This document shows, in pieces, positions 9,022 to 19,034 of a DNA stretch of 64,000 bases (its first letter is position 1; each line of letters starts with the position of its first letter). Source of the DNA: a virus (taxonomy: Duplodnaviria > Caudoviricetes); the IMG/VR virus record IMGVR_UViG_3300044835_000064, positions 1,154 through 65,153 of that record; one strand, 5' to 3'. A program made the translations under genes and the position numbers. The notes beneath the pieces are model-generated. The model was given only the letters and a program-made list of their open reading frames with translations. It was not told the DNA's origin and made no database searches.

Positions 9022-9418
9022 TGTTCGACTATAAGCAGCGTCCTTGGTCTCGCTCACTCTCAGACGAGGAGTACGACCGCGCAGTTGGCAAGACCATATT
9101 GTCGCAAGAAGAGCGAACTTATAGTTTGATCAGTCGAATGATTGAACGTGGGCAACGATTGCGAGTCCATCACGCTGATCTCAAGTCCTTTCTAAGCCGA
9201 GATGACATCATCGATCTCAAGCGCTACACAGAAAGATGAGCTTTGATTGCATGAATGTAGTCACTTGGGTTGGCGATTCCAGAGTTCCGTACTTGACTCC
9301 AGAGGAAGTTGATACTTTCATTCGCTTCGCGCTTCAGGTGCACGATCACCACGCCACAACGCCAGCTCAACCCATCTTCTGGTATCGAACCGATGCTTCT
9401 GGAAGGTTCGCAAACTGA

Positions 9419-9751
9419 ATGCCTTCGCGTGCCTATCGTCCTTATGCTTACGTCCCAGCCGTTGCCGAAAAGAAGATCGAAGAGCAACGAGCCAACGATC
9501 CAATCCGGAAGCTCTATCAAACTCCAACCTGGCGAGCGACCAGATTACTAGTTCTCTCGCGTGATCCAACCTGCAAGTCCTGCAACAAAGCAGCAAGCAC
9601 AACTGTTCATCACGTCATCCGAGCTCGCAAGTACGTCGCATCTCACGGCAACGACATGAGTTACTTCTTCGATGACTCCAATCTTGAAGGCGTTTGCAAA
9701 GCTTGCCACGATTCCACAACTGCCAAGGAAGTGGGATGGGCTGGCCGATAG
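9419..9751 (+). CDS. HNH endonuclease (terminase-associated)
   Basis: CKSC...VHHVI...SNLEGVCKACHD; directly upstream of the terminase genes. Confidence 0.9.
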   Translation: MPSRAYRPYAYVPAVAEKKIEEQRANDPIRKLYQTPTWRATRLLVLSRDPTCKSCNKAASTTVHHVIRARKYVASHGNDMSYFFDDSNLEGVCKACHDSTTAKEVGWAGR

Positions 9752-9769
9752 TTTGGCCCTCATTATTTT

Positions 9770-9900
9770 GATCCGGGGTTTTCAAAACCCGGGGGTGACC
9801 TGTGGGGGCATGGGGGTGGGATGTCAAAGGTCGGCGACCGCAAAACCGTCTGCCGCATTTCCGCGCGTGTCTCCACTTCAGCTATTTGAAGGTTTGAAGT
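9770..9900. other. Probable cos/packaging region
   Basis: Non-coding G-tract-rich gap between HNH and small terminase, the usual cos position in HK97-like phages. Confidence 0.5.
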
Positions 9901-9929
9901 GGAAAAAAATCTAAAAACCAATCGCCTGA

Positions 9930-10334
9930 ATGCCGCAGCCTAGAACTCCCACCGCAAAACTCGAAGCTCGCGGTGCTTATCTCAAGCACCCAGAACGCAA
10001 ACGAGCCCGAGCACAAGAACCGCAACCAACCGCTGATCTTGGTGATCCACCGAAAGAACTCAATGCCGAAGAAAAGAAAGCATGGCTCTACATCGCAGGT
10101 TGTCTCACGCCTGGAGTCGCGAAAGTTTCTGACCGGATTGCGATGGAAGAAGCTGCTTGCCTGCTCGTGACGTGCCGGTCGAAACGCGCGACCGCCGCCG
10201 AAAGAAATCTGCTGAAAGCGTATCTCCGAGACTTCGGAATGACGCCAGCCGATCGCAGTCGCGTGCAAGCGAGCGCACCGCCAGCAGCAAAAGACAAGTG
10301 GGCCGAGTTCGATCTTCCGAAACAAACACAATAA
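9930..10334 (+). CDS. terS: Terminase small subunit
   Basis: PRTPTAKLEARG, PP..L...K.AW, FGMTPADRSRV motifs. Confidence 0.9.
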   Translation: MPQPRTPTAKLEARGAYLKHPERKRARAQEPQPTADLGDPPKELNAEEKKAWLYIAGCLTPGVAKVSDRIAMEEAACLLVTCRSKRATAAERNLLKAYLRDFGMTPADRSRVQASAPPAAKDKWAEFDLPKQTQ

Positions 10335-12124
10335 TTTCCCATGTTGCCCGGTCGAATCGTTTCATCGCAGCCGTTCTCGATGGCAGTCTTCCCGCGTGTA
10401 AATGGGTGCGTCTCGCCTGCCAGCGACAACTTGACGATATCGCAAAGCAGACTGATGAAGATTATTCCTACCGCTTCGACAATGCCGCAGCTGAGCGGGT
10501 TTGTAGATTCGTTGAACTCAGCCCGCACATCAAGGGCAAGAAGTTTGCCGGACAACTCATTCATCTCGAAGACTGGCAGTCGTTCATTCTCACAACCGTC
10601 TATGGATGGCTTGATCGATTCACGGGTTTGCGACGGTTTCGGCGCAGCTACATTGAAGTCGCCAAGGGCAACGGCAAATCCGCGCTCACTTCCGCACTCT
10701 CAAATTACATGGCCTTCGCCGAAGGCGAGCCGGGCGCCGAAGTGTATTCCGCAGCCACGAATCGAGATCAAGCAAAAATCATCTGGTCCGTCTCTCACGC
10801 CATGCTGCGAGCCATGCCGGAATTTTGCGAGCGCGCGGGCGTCGAACCTGTGGCGCACTCCATCAATCAGATACAAACGAACTCATTCTTCCGTCCGCTC
10901 AGCTCTGAAGCCAACTCCGCCGAAGGCGTGCAGCCCTATTTCACGTGCGTCGACGAACTACATGCCCACCCGAGCCGCGATCTCTACGACAACCTCGATA
11001 CGGCAAACGGGAAACGGCAAGGGTCATTGCTCTGGTCGATCACCACGGCAGGCAGTGATCGCGCCGGCATCTGCTATGAGCAGCATAGTTACGTCACAAA
11101 GATTCTGGAGCGCGTCGCCGAAGACGAATCGTATTTCGGAATCATCTTCACGCTCGACAACGAGGATCTTTGGACCGAGGAAGAAGAACTTAAGAAAGCG
11201 AATCCCAACTGGGGCGTGTCGGTCGATCCAGTCGAGATCATGCACAAGGTTGGCAAGGCGCTTCAGATGGCCAGTGCGCAGCCGACTTTCAAAACCAAGC
11301 ACGGTAACATCTGGTGCAACGCGGACCATGCATGGATGGATTTGCAACGCTTAGCCAAATGCGCGGATCCAACGCTGGACGTGAAACAGTTCGCTGGTGA
11401 GCGCTGCGTCATCGGGCTTGATATCGCCTCGAAACTGGATTTGCTGGCAAAGATCAAACTCTTCTGGCGCGACATTCCCACGGTGATTGAGGAAGAAGAA
11501 GTCATCAAGCGGCACTACTACTTTTTCGGCGATTACTGGACACCCAAAGCCCGCATCGAGCAGAGCAACAACAGCCAATATCAAGGCTGGGCGATCGAGG
11601 GAAAACTTCACACCTGCCCGGGTGAGACCAACGATCACAGCATCGTCGAAGATTCAATCCGAGAGGATTGTAAGAAGTTTGACGTGCTCGAAGTGGCGCA
11701 CGATCAATGGCACGCGGATCAGATCGTCGGCCATCTTCAGCCGGAAGGCATCCTGATGGTCGAGGTGCCGCAGATCCCAAAACAGCTATCAGCGCCAATG
11801 GTTGAGATTGAAGCGGCAATTTACGATGGACGTTTTCACTTCGATGGCGATCCCGTATTGATGTGGTCCTTCTCAAATGTCGTCTGCCACATTGATAAAA
11901 ACGACAACTTCTTTCCCAACAAAGAAGGCTTTGAAAAGAAGATTGATCCCGTCACCGCCCTGCTCACCGCACTGCGGAGAGTCATGGACATCGGGGGCGA
12001 CGTCTCGGGCGGTGGCGGTTGCTCTGTCTTCGCAAAGTGTGCGAAGTGCATGTCAGTTGTCGAAGGGCAGATCGTTGCGGGAAAGATGATCTTTGATTGT
12101 GGGAAGCATGGAGGGAAAGCGTGA
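10331..12124 (+). CDS. terL: Terminase large subunit; probable non-canonical start at 10331
   Basis: VAKGNGKS Walker A, VDELH Walker B, GLDIAS, KIDPVTA. Confidence 0.95.
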   Translation: MISHVARSNRFIAAVLDGSLPACKWVRLACQRQLDDIAKQTDEDYSYRFDNAAAERVCRFVELSPHIKGKKFAGQLIHLEDWQSFILTTVYGWLDRFTGLRRFRRSYIEVAKGNGKSALTSALSNYMAFAEGEPGAEVYSAATNRDQAKIIWSVSHAMLRAMPEFCERAGVEPVAHSINQIQTNSFFRPLSSEANSAEGVQPYFTCVDELHAHPSRDLYDNLDTANGKRQGSLLWSITTAGSDRAGICYEQHSYVTKILERVAEDESYFGIIFTLDNEDLWTEEEELKKANPNWGVSVDPVEIMHKVGKALQMASAQPTFKTKHGNIWCNADHAWMDLQRLAKCADPTLDVKQFAGERCVIGLDIASKLDLLAKIKLFWRDIPTVIEEEEVIKRHYYFFGDYWTPKARIEQSNNSQYQGWAIEGKLHTCPGETNDHSIVEDSIREDCKKFDVLEVAHDQWHADQIVGHLQPEGILMVEVPQIPKQLSAPMVEIEAAIYDGRFHFDGDPVLMWSFSNVVCHIDKNDNFFPNKEGFEKKIDPVTALLTALRRVMDIGGDVSGGGGCSVFAKCAKCMSVVEGQIVAGKMIFDCGKHGGKA

Positions 12125-12384
12125 TTAATCGTCGTAGGTTCTTTGGTGGTTTGTTCGGCGGCGGCGCATCCGCCATCGCGGTTAGTGCCTTGCAGTCGAT
12201 TGCGCCGATTGCACCAATCGAGCAAGTAACGGAAGTAAAGAAGGATCGACGCTACATCTTCAAATTGAGCGGTTATGTTTCGCAAGAGAGACGAAAGCAC
12301 GCTGGAGAGAATCTCGCTGCGATGGGACTCAATGCGATTGTCGTCGATGCGGGCGTCGATTCGATCTACGAGCTGCCGAGCTAA
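12121..12384 (+). CDS. Small protein with twin-arginine-like N-terminus
   Basis: GTGA overlap; MINRRRFFGGLFGGGASAIAV. Confidence 0.6.
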   Translation: MINRRRFFGGLFGGGASAIAVSALQSIAPIAPIEQVTEVKKDRRYIFKLSGYVSQERRKHAGENLAAMGLNAIVVDAGVDSIYELPS

Positions 12385-12531
12385 ATGAACCGCTTCGCCG
12401 TCGCCTCTTTGATTCTCGGGGCGCTTCTCCTCGTCGCTGGACTGGGTTGGATTTACCGACCGCTCGGCCCGATCAGTGCTGGCTTCATCCTGCTTACGGC
12501 TGCGTACTCGTCCATGAGGCATAAGGGTTAA
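12385..12531 (+). CDS. Small two-helix membrane protein before portal
   Basis: MNRFAVASLILGALLLVAGLGWIYRPLGPISAGFILL...; TAATG-coupled to portal. Confidence 0.7.
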   Translation: MNRFAVASLILGALLLVAGLGWIYRPLGPISAGFILLTAAYSSMRHKG

Positions 12532-14531
12532 TGGGAAAAAGTTTAAGACAAGAATTCCGGGATTTCATCGGCAGCATGGTGAGTTTCCCCCAAGATTTCA
12601 TGGGGGGCTTCTTTGGCTTTGCGCCTTCAGAGAGCGGGGCCGAGGTTAACGAAATGTCGGCCATGTCGATTGCTCCGTTTGTGGGAGCGATTCGCATGGT
12701 CTCGGGAGCTATTTCCACTTTACCTTTTCGCGTGTGGGAAACGCTTCCCGATGGCAGCGAACGGATCGCGCCTGAGCATTTACTCGATGACGTTCTCAAT
12801 AACCAACCGAATCCAGAGACCACAGCGGCAGATTTCTGGCAGACGGTCATGGTGCACATTTTCCTGACCGGCAATGCTTACGCGGAAAAATCCTATAACG
12901 GCGCCGGACAGCCCGCCGCGCTTTACCTGCGCAGTCCCTTCCGGACTTTCCCCTACCGTCGGCAGGACGGAGCCTTAGCCTATAAAACTACCGACACGCC
13001 CGGAGGACGCGAGCGCTGGATTCTAGCAGAGGATATGTGCCACTTCCGCGGCATGGGCCTTGACTCTCTGGTTGGACTCTCCCCGGTGAAATATCTGGCG
13101 CGCGAGGTGCTGGGCAACGATCTGGCGGCGCAATCCTACTCGGCAAAATTCTTTGCCAACGATTCACGGCCGGGCGGCTACATGAAGGCTGCCAACTTCC
13201 TCTCGCCGGAAAAGAAGAAAGCGGCAATCGAATCCTGGATCGGGGCGCACAGTCGGGGTAATGCTCACGCCATGGCCCTCTTGGACGGCGGGCTTGAATG
13301 GCAGAAGGTCGGTGTTAATCCCGACGAAGCTCAATTCATTTTGACGCGGCGTTTGAACCGCGAGCAAATTTCTGCGATCACCGGCGTGCCAGTTCACTTC
13401 CTCGGAGAAACCGTCGAATCGCGCGCCAACATGGAGCAGCGGTCTCTGGAATTCTTGACCTACACGCTGAAGCCGTGGAACGTGAAGCTCGAGCAGGTTG
13501 TCAACATTCGCCTCTTCCCGAAGCTTGGACGCGGGGCAGGACGGTTTCACGCCCGATTGGATACGACGATGTTCGAGCGCGCGACCTACGCCGATCTGCT
13601 CAAGGGCATCCAGATGGGACGGTTCTCCGGACTGATGACCGTCGATGAGGGCCGTCATCTCTTGGGCGAACAGCCCTATAGCGATGCGCAACTGAAATCC
13701 AAGAAGCCGGGCGACAAACTATGGCAACCGGTCAATATGGTTGTCGTCACAGAAGAATCACTCACCGGCAATCTTCCCACGCAAGTGACTGACGACCTGG
13801 ACAAGCCAAATGATGGTGGCGGCCAAGGTGGCGATGATCAGAGTGGCGGCGACGGTGGCGGGAAAACCAAAGGTAAAACAGGACAGGGCGGGAAGCGTTC
13901 TGATCAGGAGATTAAGCGGTACTTCCGGCTCTTTTACCCTACCTTCCGGGATGCTTTAGGACGAATTTCTGCCCGCAAGAAGGTCAATGAAGGGGACTTC
14001 CAGAAGGCTCTCGGACCCGTCTTAACTCAGATAGCTTCCGCGTTTAGCTTCCGAGCCGATGCCGAGGGAGAGAATCCGGCGCTCAGCCTGACGACCACGG
14101 AGTTTGTGCGGGAATACATCGGAAGTTTGGCGCGCCGGCTGAAATTAAACGGCAATGTCGACGTCGTGGCCTCGGAAGAATTGAAACGGTCGTTGCGACT
14201 CCTGCGCGACCAGTGTGCGCCAATGTTTGAAGAAATAGCTGATGACGATGACCGGGATGATGATCGTAACGATGATTTGGACGAGCGGCAGCGCCCGATC
14301 GAGGTTCACGTCAACCCGGAAATCCACATTACGGCACCTGTGCAAGTGCAGCCGATGGAAGTGCGCATGAATATCGACCTGCCACGGCCTCAGCAGAGAA
14401 AAGTTACCGCAGTACGCAATGCGGACGGCTCGATGGAAGCGACGGTCGCGGAGATCAACACGGTCCAAGTCCAGACGTCGCGCGATAGTGTCAGTTCCAT
14501 AAGGATCAGCGAGGAAACGAATGGCTCGTAA
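12531..14531 (+). CDS. Portal protein (HK97 family) with long C-terminal extension
   Basis: ISTLP, LNNQPN, L.GNAY, GLSPV, AQF...R, I....GVP motifs. Confidence 0.95.
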   Translation: MGKSLRQEFRDFIGSMVSFPQDFMGGFFGFAPSESGAEVNEMSAMSIAPFVGAIRMVSGAISTLPFRVWETLPDGSERIAPEHLLDDVLNNQPNPETTAADFWQTVMVHIFLTGNAYAEKSYNGAGQPAALYLRSPFRTFPYRRQDGALAYKTTDTPGGRERWILAEDMCHFRGMGLDSLVGLSPVKYLAREVLGNDLAAQSYSAKFFANDSRPGGYMKAANFLSPEKKKAAIESWIGAHSRGNAHAMALLDGGLEWQKVGVNPDEAQFILTRRLNREQISAITGVPVHFLGETVESRANMEQRSLEFLTYTLKPWNVKLEQVVNIRLFPKLGRGAGRFHARLDTTMFERATYADLLKGIQMGRFSGLMTVDEGRHLLGEQPYSDAQLKSKKPGDKLWQPVNMVVVTEESLTGNLPTQVTDDLDKPNDGGGQGGDDQSGGDGGGKTKGKTGQGGKRSDQEIKRYFRLFYPTFRDALGRISARKKVNEGDFQKALGPVLTQIASAFSFRADAEGENPALSLTTTEFVREYIGSLARRLKLNGNVDVVASEELKRSLRLLRDQCAPMFEEIADDDDRDDDRNDDLDERQRPIEVHVNPEIHITAPVQVQPMEVRMNIDLPRPQQRKVTAVRNADGSMEATVAEINTVQVQTSRDSVSSIRISEETNGS

Positions 14532-14925
14532 CACGAAACTTTCCGACTCCGCGGCAAACTCGGAAGCGAACGCACTCGCCTCACTACTTGATGGCGGATA
14601 CCTGCGCATCTATGATGGCACGCAGCCGGCAGACGCGAATACTTCAGTAACAACGCAGAACAAATTGGCGGAATTGCGCTTTGGTAGTCCAGCTTTTGGC
14701 GCAGCGGTCGGCGGATTGCTGACCTCAAATGCGATTACCTCAGATCCAGACGCAGCGGCGACTGGCGACGCCTCATGGTTTCGCTGTTTTGAGTCTGATG
14801 GCACAACCGTTGTGCTTGACGGTTCCGTCGGAGTGGGCGGATGCAACCTTAATCTGAACTCAGTTTCCATTCAGCAGCACGGTCTCATCTCGATCAGCGG
14901 ATTCACGCATCGGGTCACCGAATAA
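14521..14925 (+). CDS. Putative virion structural protein
   Basis: LRIYDGTQPA.A....LA....AATG.ASWFR...DGSVG pattern seen in phage structural modules. Confidence 0.65.
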   Translation: MARNTKLSDSAANSEANALASLLDGGYLRIYDGTQPADANTSVTTQNKLAELRFGSPAFGAAVGGLLTSNAITSDPDAAATGDASWFRCFESDGTTVVLDGSVGVGGCNLNLNSVSIQQHGLISISGFTHRVTE

Positions 14926-15375
14926 ATGGCTGATTCTTTTATCCAAGTACCTGCGGACGGGGCAGGGAAGAAAGTCTATGCCCAAGACACTGGTGACGGC
15001 TTTCTCAAGCAGGGCGTCATTCTACTTCCCGGCGCGATGCCGCATGGCTGCGCAATCTATCACGTAGTTTCCGCAGGAACGACCAACGGCGCGAGCGTCA
15101 AAGCCTCTCCGGGTCAAGTCTACGGCTGGCGCGTCTACAACAACGCTGGCTATCCGGTGTATGTGAAATTGCACAACACGGCAGGATCTCCAACGCCAGG
15201 TGCGGGAGTAATTCAGACCATCGGCTTTGAGGCAGGCTTACCTGACGGTGAGTTTATCCCGGTCGGAATCGCCTTCAGCGTTGGCATTGGAATTTCCATT
15301 GTGAAAGGCATCGCCGATAGCGATGCCACGGCGGTCGCCCTCAACGACTGCGTCGTTGATCTCTTCTATGCGTAA
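14926..15375 (+). CDS. Putative virion decoration/fibre protein (beta-rich)
   Basis: Coupled to previous gene; C-terminal domain shared with 15441 and 16650 genes. Confidence 0.55.
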   Translation: MADSFIQVPADGAGKKVYAQDTGDGFLKQGVILLPGAMPHGCAIYHVVSAGTTNGASVKASPGQVYGWRVYNNAGYPVYVKLHNTAGSPTPGAGVIQTIGFEAGLPDGEFIPVGIAFSVGIGISIVKGIADSDATAVALNDCVVDLFYA

Positions 15376-15440
15376 ACACTTCTCATCTCCTAGGTATCTG
15401 TTGGCAGGAAATATCTAAAGGAGAAAACAAGGCCGCTCAC

Positions 15441-16307
15441 ATGAACTCAAACCGTTTTACCAAAATAGGAATCATGGTGCTGATCGTAGCCGTCATGGCT
15501 TACGCGCAGCAGCCTGTCAACGTCAACAATATTCCGCACGTCGTCGTGGATACCGCGCCGACTACGGCAGTCTCTGAATCAGGGACGTGGAGCGTTCGAG
15601 CGCAAGATGGCGGCGGTAACGCGCTAACCTCGAACAGCACTACCTACACCGCAAAGTTTGGCCTTGATACCAACTTGCTTGGAACTCTAGGCACGGCTTT
15701 CACGACTGCTGGATTTGTTGACATCAAAGGCGCAGACGGCAATGTTTTTGTTCGCCAAGCGACCGGAACAAATTTGCACGCAGTCATTGATACCGGATCA
15801 ACCACGGCCGTCACGCAGGCAACTGGATCCAACCTCCATGCCGTGCTGGACGCCAACGCCTCCGTCGTAATCGGTAAGGTCGCTATTGACCAAACTACGC
15901 CGGGAACGACAAACGCCGTCAGCTTCGCCGCGGGCAATACCATTGCCCTCGTGCCAGTCGCAACTGGCGGATTGCTGATGTCCCACACCATCACAGCAGG
16001 CACCGACAACGCTGCTCTGGTTTCAACTGCGGCCGCTCACCAGCTTTACGAAGTGGACGTATTCAACAACGCTGCCTATCCCGTTTACGTTAAACTTTAC
16101 AATGTTGCCGCTTCTCCAACTGGATGCGGTTCGACGGGCTTAGTAAAAGTTCTCGGCGTACAGGCTGGTACGGGACGAACGCTGGCGGAACCAATTGGCC
16201 TCGCGTTCGGAAGCGGAATCGGAATGTGTGTGACCAAAGGCATCACCAATGCGGACGACACGGCAACGGTTGCCAGCGATGCGACTGTCGACGTAGCGTG
16301 GAAATAA
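15441..16307 (+). CDS. Signal-peptide protein, Thr/Ala/Gly-rich, paralog of 14926
   Basis: AAGGAG RBS; hydrophobic core and AYA|QQPV site; NNAAYPVYVKLYN motif. Confidence 0.75.
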   Translation: MNSNRFTKIGIMVLIVAVMAYAQQPVNVNNIPHVVVDTAPTTAVSESGTWSVRAQDGGGNALTSNSTTYTAKFGLDTNLLGTLGTAFTTAGFVDIKGADGNVFVRQATGTNLHAVIDTGSTTAVTQATGSNLHAVLDANASVVIGKVAIDQTTPGTTNAVSFAAGNTIALVPVATGGLLMSHTITAGTDNAALVSTAAAHQLYEVDVFNNAAYPVYVKLYNVAASPTGCGSTGLVKVLGVQAGTGRTLAEPIGLAFGSGIGMCVTKGITNADDTATVASDATVDVAWK

Positions 16308-16321
16308 CTTAAACCAAACTA

Positions 16322-16636
16322 ATGAAACTTTTTTTCCAGTTCGTGTGGCGGCATGGATACGACGCGGTAATTTTGGGCTTGGTGTTAGCTCTAAGCTACG
16401 TCACGTACCAAAATCACACGCGCGAGCGGATTGTTATCGAGGCGCGGGGCGGCAAGATGATTTACGACCGCTCTGCCCTCGAAAAGCTTTTGAAAGATTT
16501 ATCGGTGCGGGATGAAATCGACATGGAACTGGATCACACCTGGGTCGAGTTGTCCGCACGGCATGATCCTAAAGTCAACGCCATCCTTCAAGAACACGTT
16601 GACAGAATCAAAGAACTGCAAGCCAAGCTTCACTAA
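16322..16636 (+). CDS. Membrane-anchored hypothetical protein
   Basis: N-terminal hydrophobic helix, helical C-terminus. Confidence 0.6.
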   Translation: MKLFFQFVWRHGYDAVILGLVLALSYVTYQNHTRERIVIEARGGKMIYDRSALEKLLKDLSVRDEIDMELDHTWVELSARHDPKVNAILQEHVDRIKELQAKLH

Positions 16637-16649
16637 AAACAATCCCTAC

Positions 16650-17837
16650 ATGCGAAGAATACTTTTAGCTTTTGCGCTGCTCCTTGTGTCGCAGCTTGCC
16701 TTGGCGCAGCAACCGGTAAAGGTCACGGACGGCTCTGGTGCGGCTGCGGTATCCAGCGGCGTCAATGGTCTGCAACCCATTGGCGGCTACAGCACGCAAA
16801 ACACGTCAGATGCGGCATGGACCTCGGCGACATCGAATAACACGCGCGTCACGCTCATCAGCAACATCGCAACCTACAACTCAATTCTTGTTACTTTGGT
16901 GCAAGGAACAACGATCACGGGTGGCACGATCACCCTGCAACAATCAAACGATAACTCCAACTGGATCGGAGTGCAGTGCGTGGCAGTTGGAACCACAACG
17001 ATTATGGGTCCGACGTACACTCTGGTTGCTTCTACTAACGTCATGTTTATGTGTCCGGTGAGTGCGCCCTATTTTGGCGTCTTACTCTCACCAGCGATTA
17101 CAGGATCAGGAACTGTCACGGTTGGACATAACGCTTTAACCTTGCCGTCAGTTGGACTCTTGGCAGGCACGGAAACCTTGGCAGCAGGTACGAACGCCAT
17201 TGGCAGCGTCCAGATTACGGACGGCACGAATGCTCAAGGAGCCATGGCGAACTTCGGAACCGCCCCCGGTGCCGTGAAATCCTTGAACACTAATTCTAAT
17301 TTGTTCGTAGGCGGGACTGTAGTATCTGGGTCGGCTCCCGTTCCAATCTCAGCAACCACGGCAGCGAATACTAAAACAAACGAGATATTTTCCAACATTA
17401 CGGACCATACAAACTCGCTCTCGGCTGCGATCTCTGCCCTTGGAACGTCTCCAACCGGAACCGACGTGATGGCGGTTAATGCCGTGCAGTTGGCGAGTAC
17501 GGCGGCAGGTGCGGCCTTGAGCAGCGCAGCCAAGGCTACCGTCACCAGTTCGGTCAATGTAAAAGCCTCGGCGGGTAACGTCTATGGCTTATCTATCCTG
17601 AATGGTGCGGGCGCAGGTTGCTGGCTTGAACTTATCAACAGTGCGAGTGCGGGAACACTGGGAACGGCGGTGATTTTTAATATCGCTTTACCTACTTCGG
17701 GAACTCTTACGATTCCGCCCGGCGCTCTTGCGCTGGGTAATTTCAGTAGTGGCATTGCAGTCGGTGCGGCAAGCGCGGTAGGTGGCGCGTCGGCTTGCGG
17801 TACGGCGGTGACTGGAGTCACGGTCTTCTACCAATGA
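16650..17837 (+). CDS. Signal-peptide protein, Ser/Thr/Ala/Gly-rich, paralog of 14926
   Basis: MRRILLAFALLLVSQLALA|QQPV; VKASAGNVYG motif. Confidence 0.75.
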   Translation: MRRILLAFALLLVSQLALAQQPVKVTDGSGAAAVSSGVNGLQPIGGYSTQNTSDAAWTSATSNNTRVTLISNIATYNSILVTLVQGTTITGGTITLQQSNDNSNWIGVQCVAVGTTTIMGPTYTLVASTNVMFMCPVSAPYFGVLLSPAITGSGTVTVGHNALTLPSVGLLAGTETLAAGTNAIGSVQITDGTNAQGAMANFGTAPGAVKSLNTNSNLFVGGTVVSGSAPVPISATTAANTKTNEIFSNITDHTNSLSAAISALGTSPTGTDVMAVNAVQLASTAAGAALSSAAKATVTSSVNVKASAGNVYGLSILNGAGAGCWLELINSASAGTLGTAVIFNIALPTSGTLTIPPGALALGNFSSGIAVGAASAVGGASACGTAVTGVTVFYQ

Positions 17838-18571
17838 AACGCCTTCTCTATCTCATCCCGCTTCTTTGTGTCTTATGCGTAGGGCAGGGAATGTGGTTAC
17901 GATCATCGAGTGCTGCGGCTGTCTTGACCCCGCCGACTCTAGTTTCCTACACCCAAACCTCTTGGGATACGACGGGATACACAGGCACCAGTAAGAGCAC
18001 GGCTTCAGTAAGTTGGAATTCTGGCGATATTTTAGTAGTGCTTATGGGAAGGGAAATCGCATCCGCCGGAGCAGTCGGAACTCCGACCGCTGCAGGTCTT
18101 ACTTTTTCCTTTGTAGCGGGCAACAATCCCGGCACCGACGCTTTTACTTGCGCTTCAGGTGTTTGGACTGCTACTGCCGGTAGTAATGGCTCCGGCGCGA
18201 TCACGGTTAACCTCGTCAGTAGTTCTCAGAACAGTGGATTCGGCGTTTGGGTATTTCGTAACTCTCAAGGCGTCGGCAATCATGCCGAGCAGCACACCGC
18301 AACGAAAACCGTCAGCCTGACACCTATTGCCGCCGATGGAGCGATCGTCTGGGGAGTTTTCGATTTTGCTGCAACAGCAATAACCGGAATCTCTGCCACT
18401 CCGACTCCTACCGATGAACGACAGAAGGTCTTGGTCGGCGGCGGCGCTTATACGATTTACGTCGAAGATCTCACCGATCAAACCAGCGCAGGTTCAGTTT
18501 CTTACGGTATTACTGGCGGATCAGGAACAGGGCCATTTTCCATTGTTTCCCTAGAGATCAAGCACCAATAA
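17834..18571 (+). CDS. Signal-peptide beta-rich protein
   Basis: ATGA overlap; MKRLLYLIPLLCVLCVG. Confidence 0.7.
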   Translation: MKRLLYLIPLLCVLCVGQGMWLRSSSAAAVLTPPTLVSYTQTSWDTTGYTGTSKSTASVSWNSGDILVVLMGREIASAGAVGTPTAAGLTFSFVAGNNPGTDAFTCASGVWTATAGSNGSGAITVNLVSSSQNSGFGVWVFRNSQGVGNHAEQHTATKTVSLTPIAADGAIVWGVFDFAATAITGISATPTPTDERQKVLVGGGAYTIYVEDLTDQTSAGSVSYGITGGSGTGPFSIVSLEIKHQ

Positions 18572-18574
18572 TTC

Positions 18575-19024
18575 ATGCTAGGTCTCTGGTCCTACTTCTG
18601 GGAGTGGTCCGGTGAAATCACCGGCGTAGTTGATTGCGACCAGGCCGTACAGAATTCCAGCGCAGTCGGAGAAGTTCCAGCAGCCGGCGGCGGATACTGG
18701 GCACACTTTGGACAGCCGCACTGGTCCGCTCCGCGGAAGAAACTAGCACCATCGGTTCCGATACCGATTCCAGAGTTTTTACCGCTTGTCATTTCCGGTA
18801 CGGTCGCATCTGCACAATCGGCTGGCGTCTCATCGGCGCAGGCACAGCAAGCCTTCGGCGGACGCATTGCCAGTCGACAGAAGCGGCAAGTTGTTTCTGC
18901 TAAGGGAACACTTGCATTTGTCGGCACGATCAGCGGCGAGCAAATCGCACCAGTCACAAATGCTGATGCCGAGATGATCGATATCGAGCTTGAGTTATTC
19001 GCGGCGCTTGCCATGGTCGCCTAA
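18575..19024 (+). CDS. Putative virion structural protein
   Basis: In head operon; acidic-hydrophobic C-terminus. Confidence 0.5.
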   Translation: MLGLWSYFWEWSGEITGVVDCDQAVQNSSAVGEVPAAGGGYWAHFGQPHWSAPRKKLAPSVPIPIPEFLPLVISGTVASAQSAGVSSAQAQQAFGGRIASRQKRQVVSAKGTLAFVGTISGEQIAPVTNADAEMIDIELELFAALAMVA

Positions 19025-19034
19025 AAAGGAATCC

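Noticed and set aside
10157-10330. Listed TTG start of terL
   Set aside because: Overlaps terS by about 175 nt and adds a non-terminase-like extension
10341-11354. 337-aa overlapping ORF within terL
   Set aside because: Alternate-frame Ser/Arg/Pro-rich shadow typical of GC-rich coding DNA
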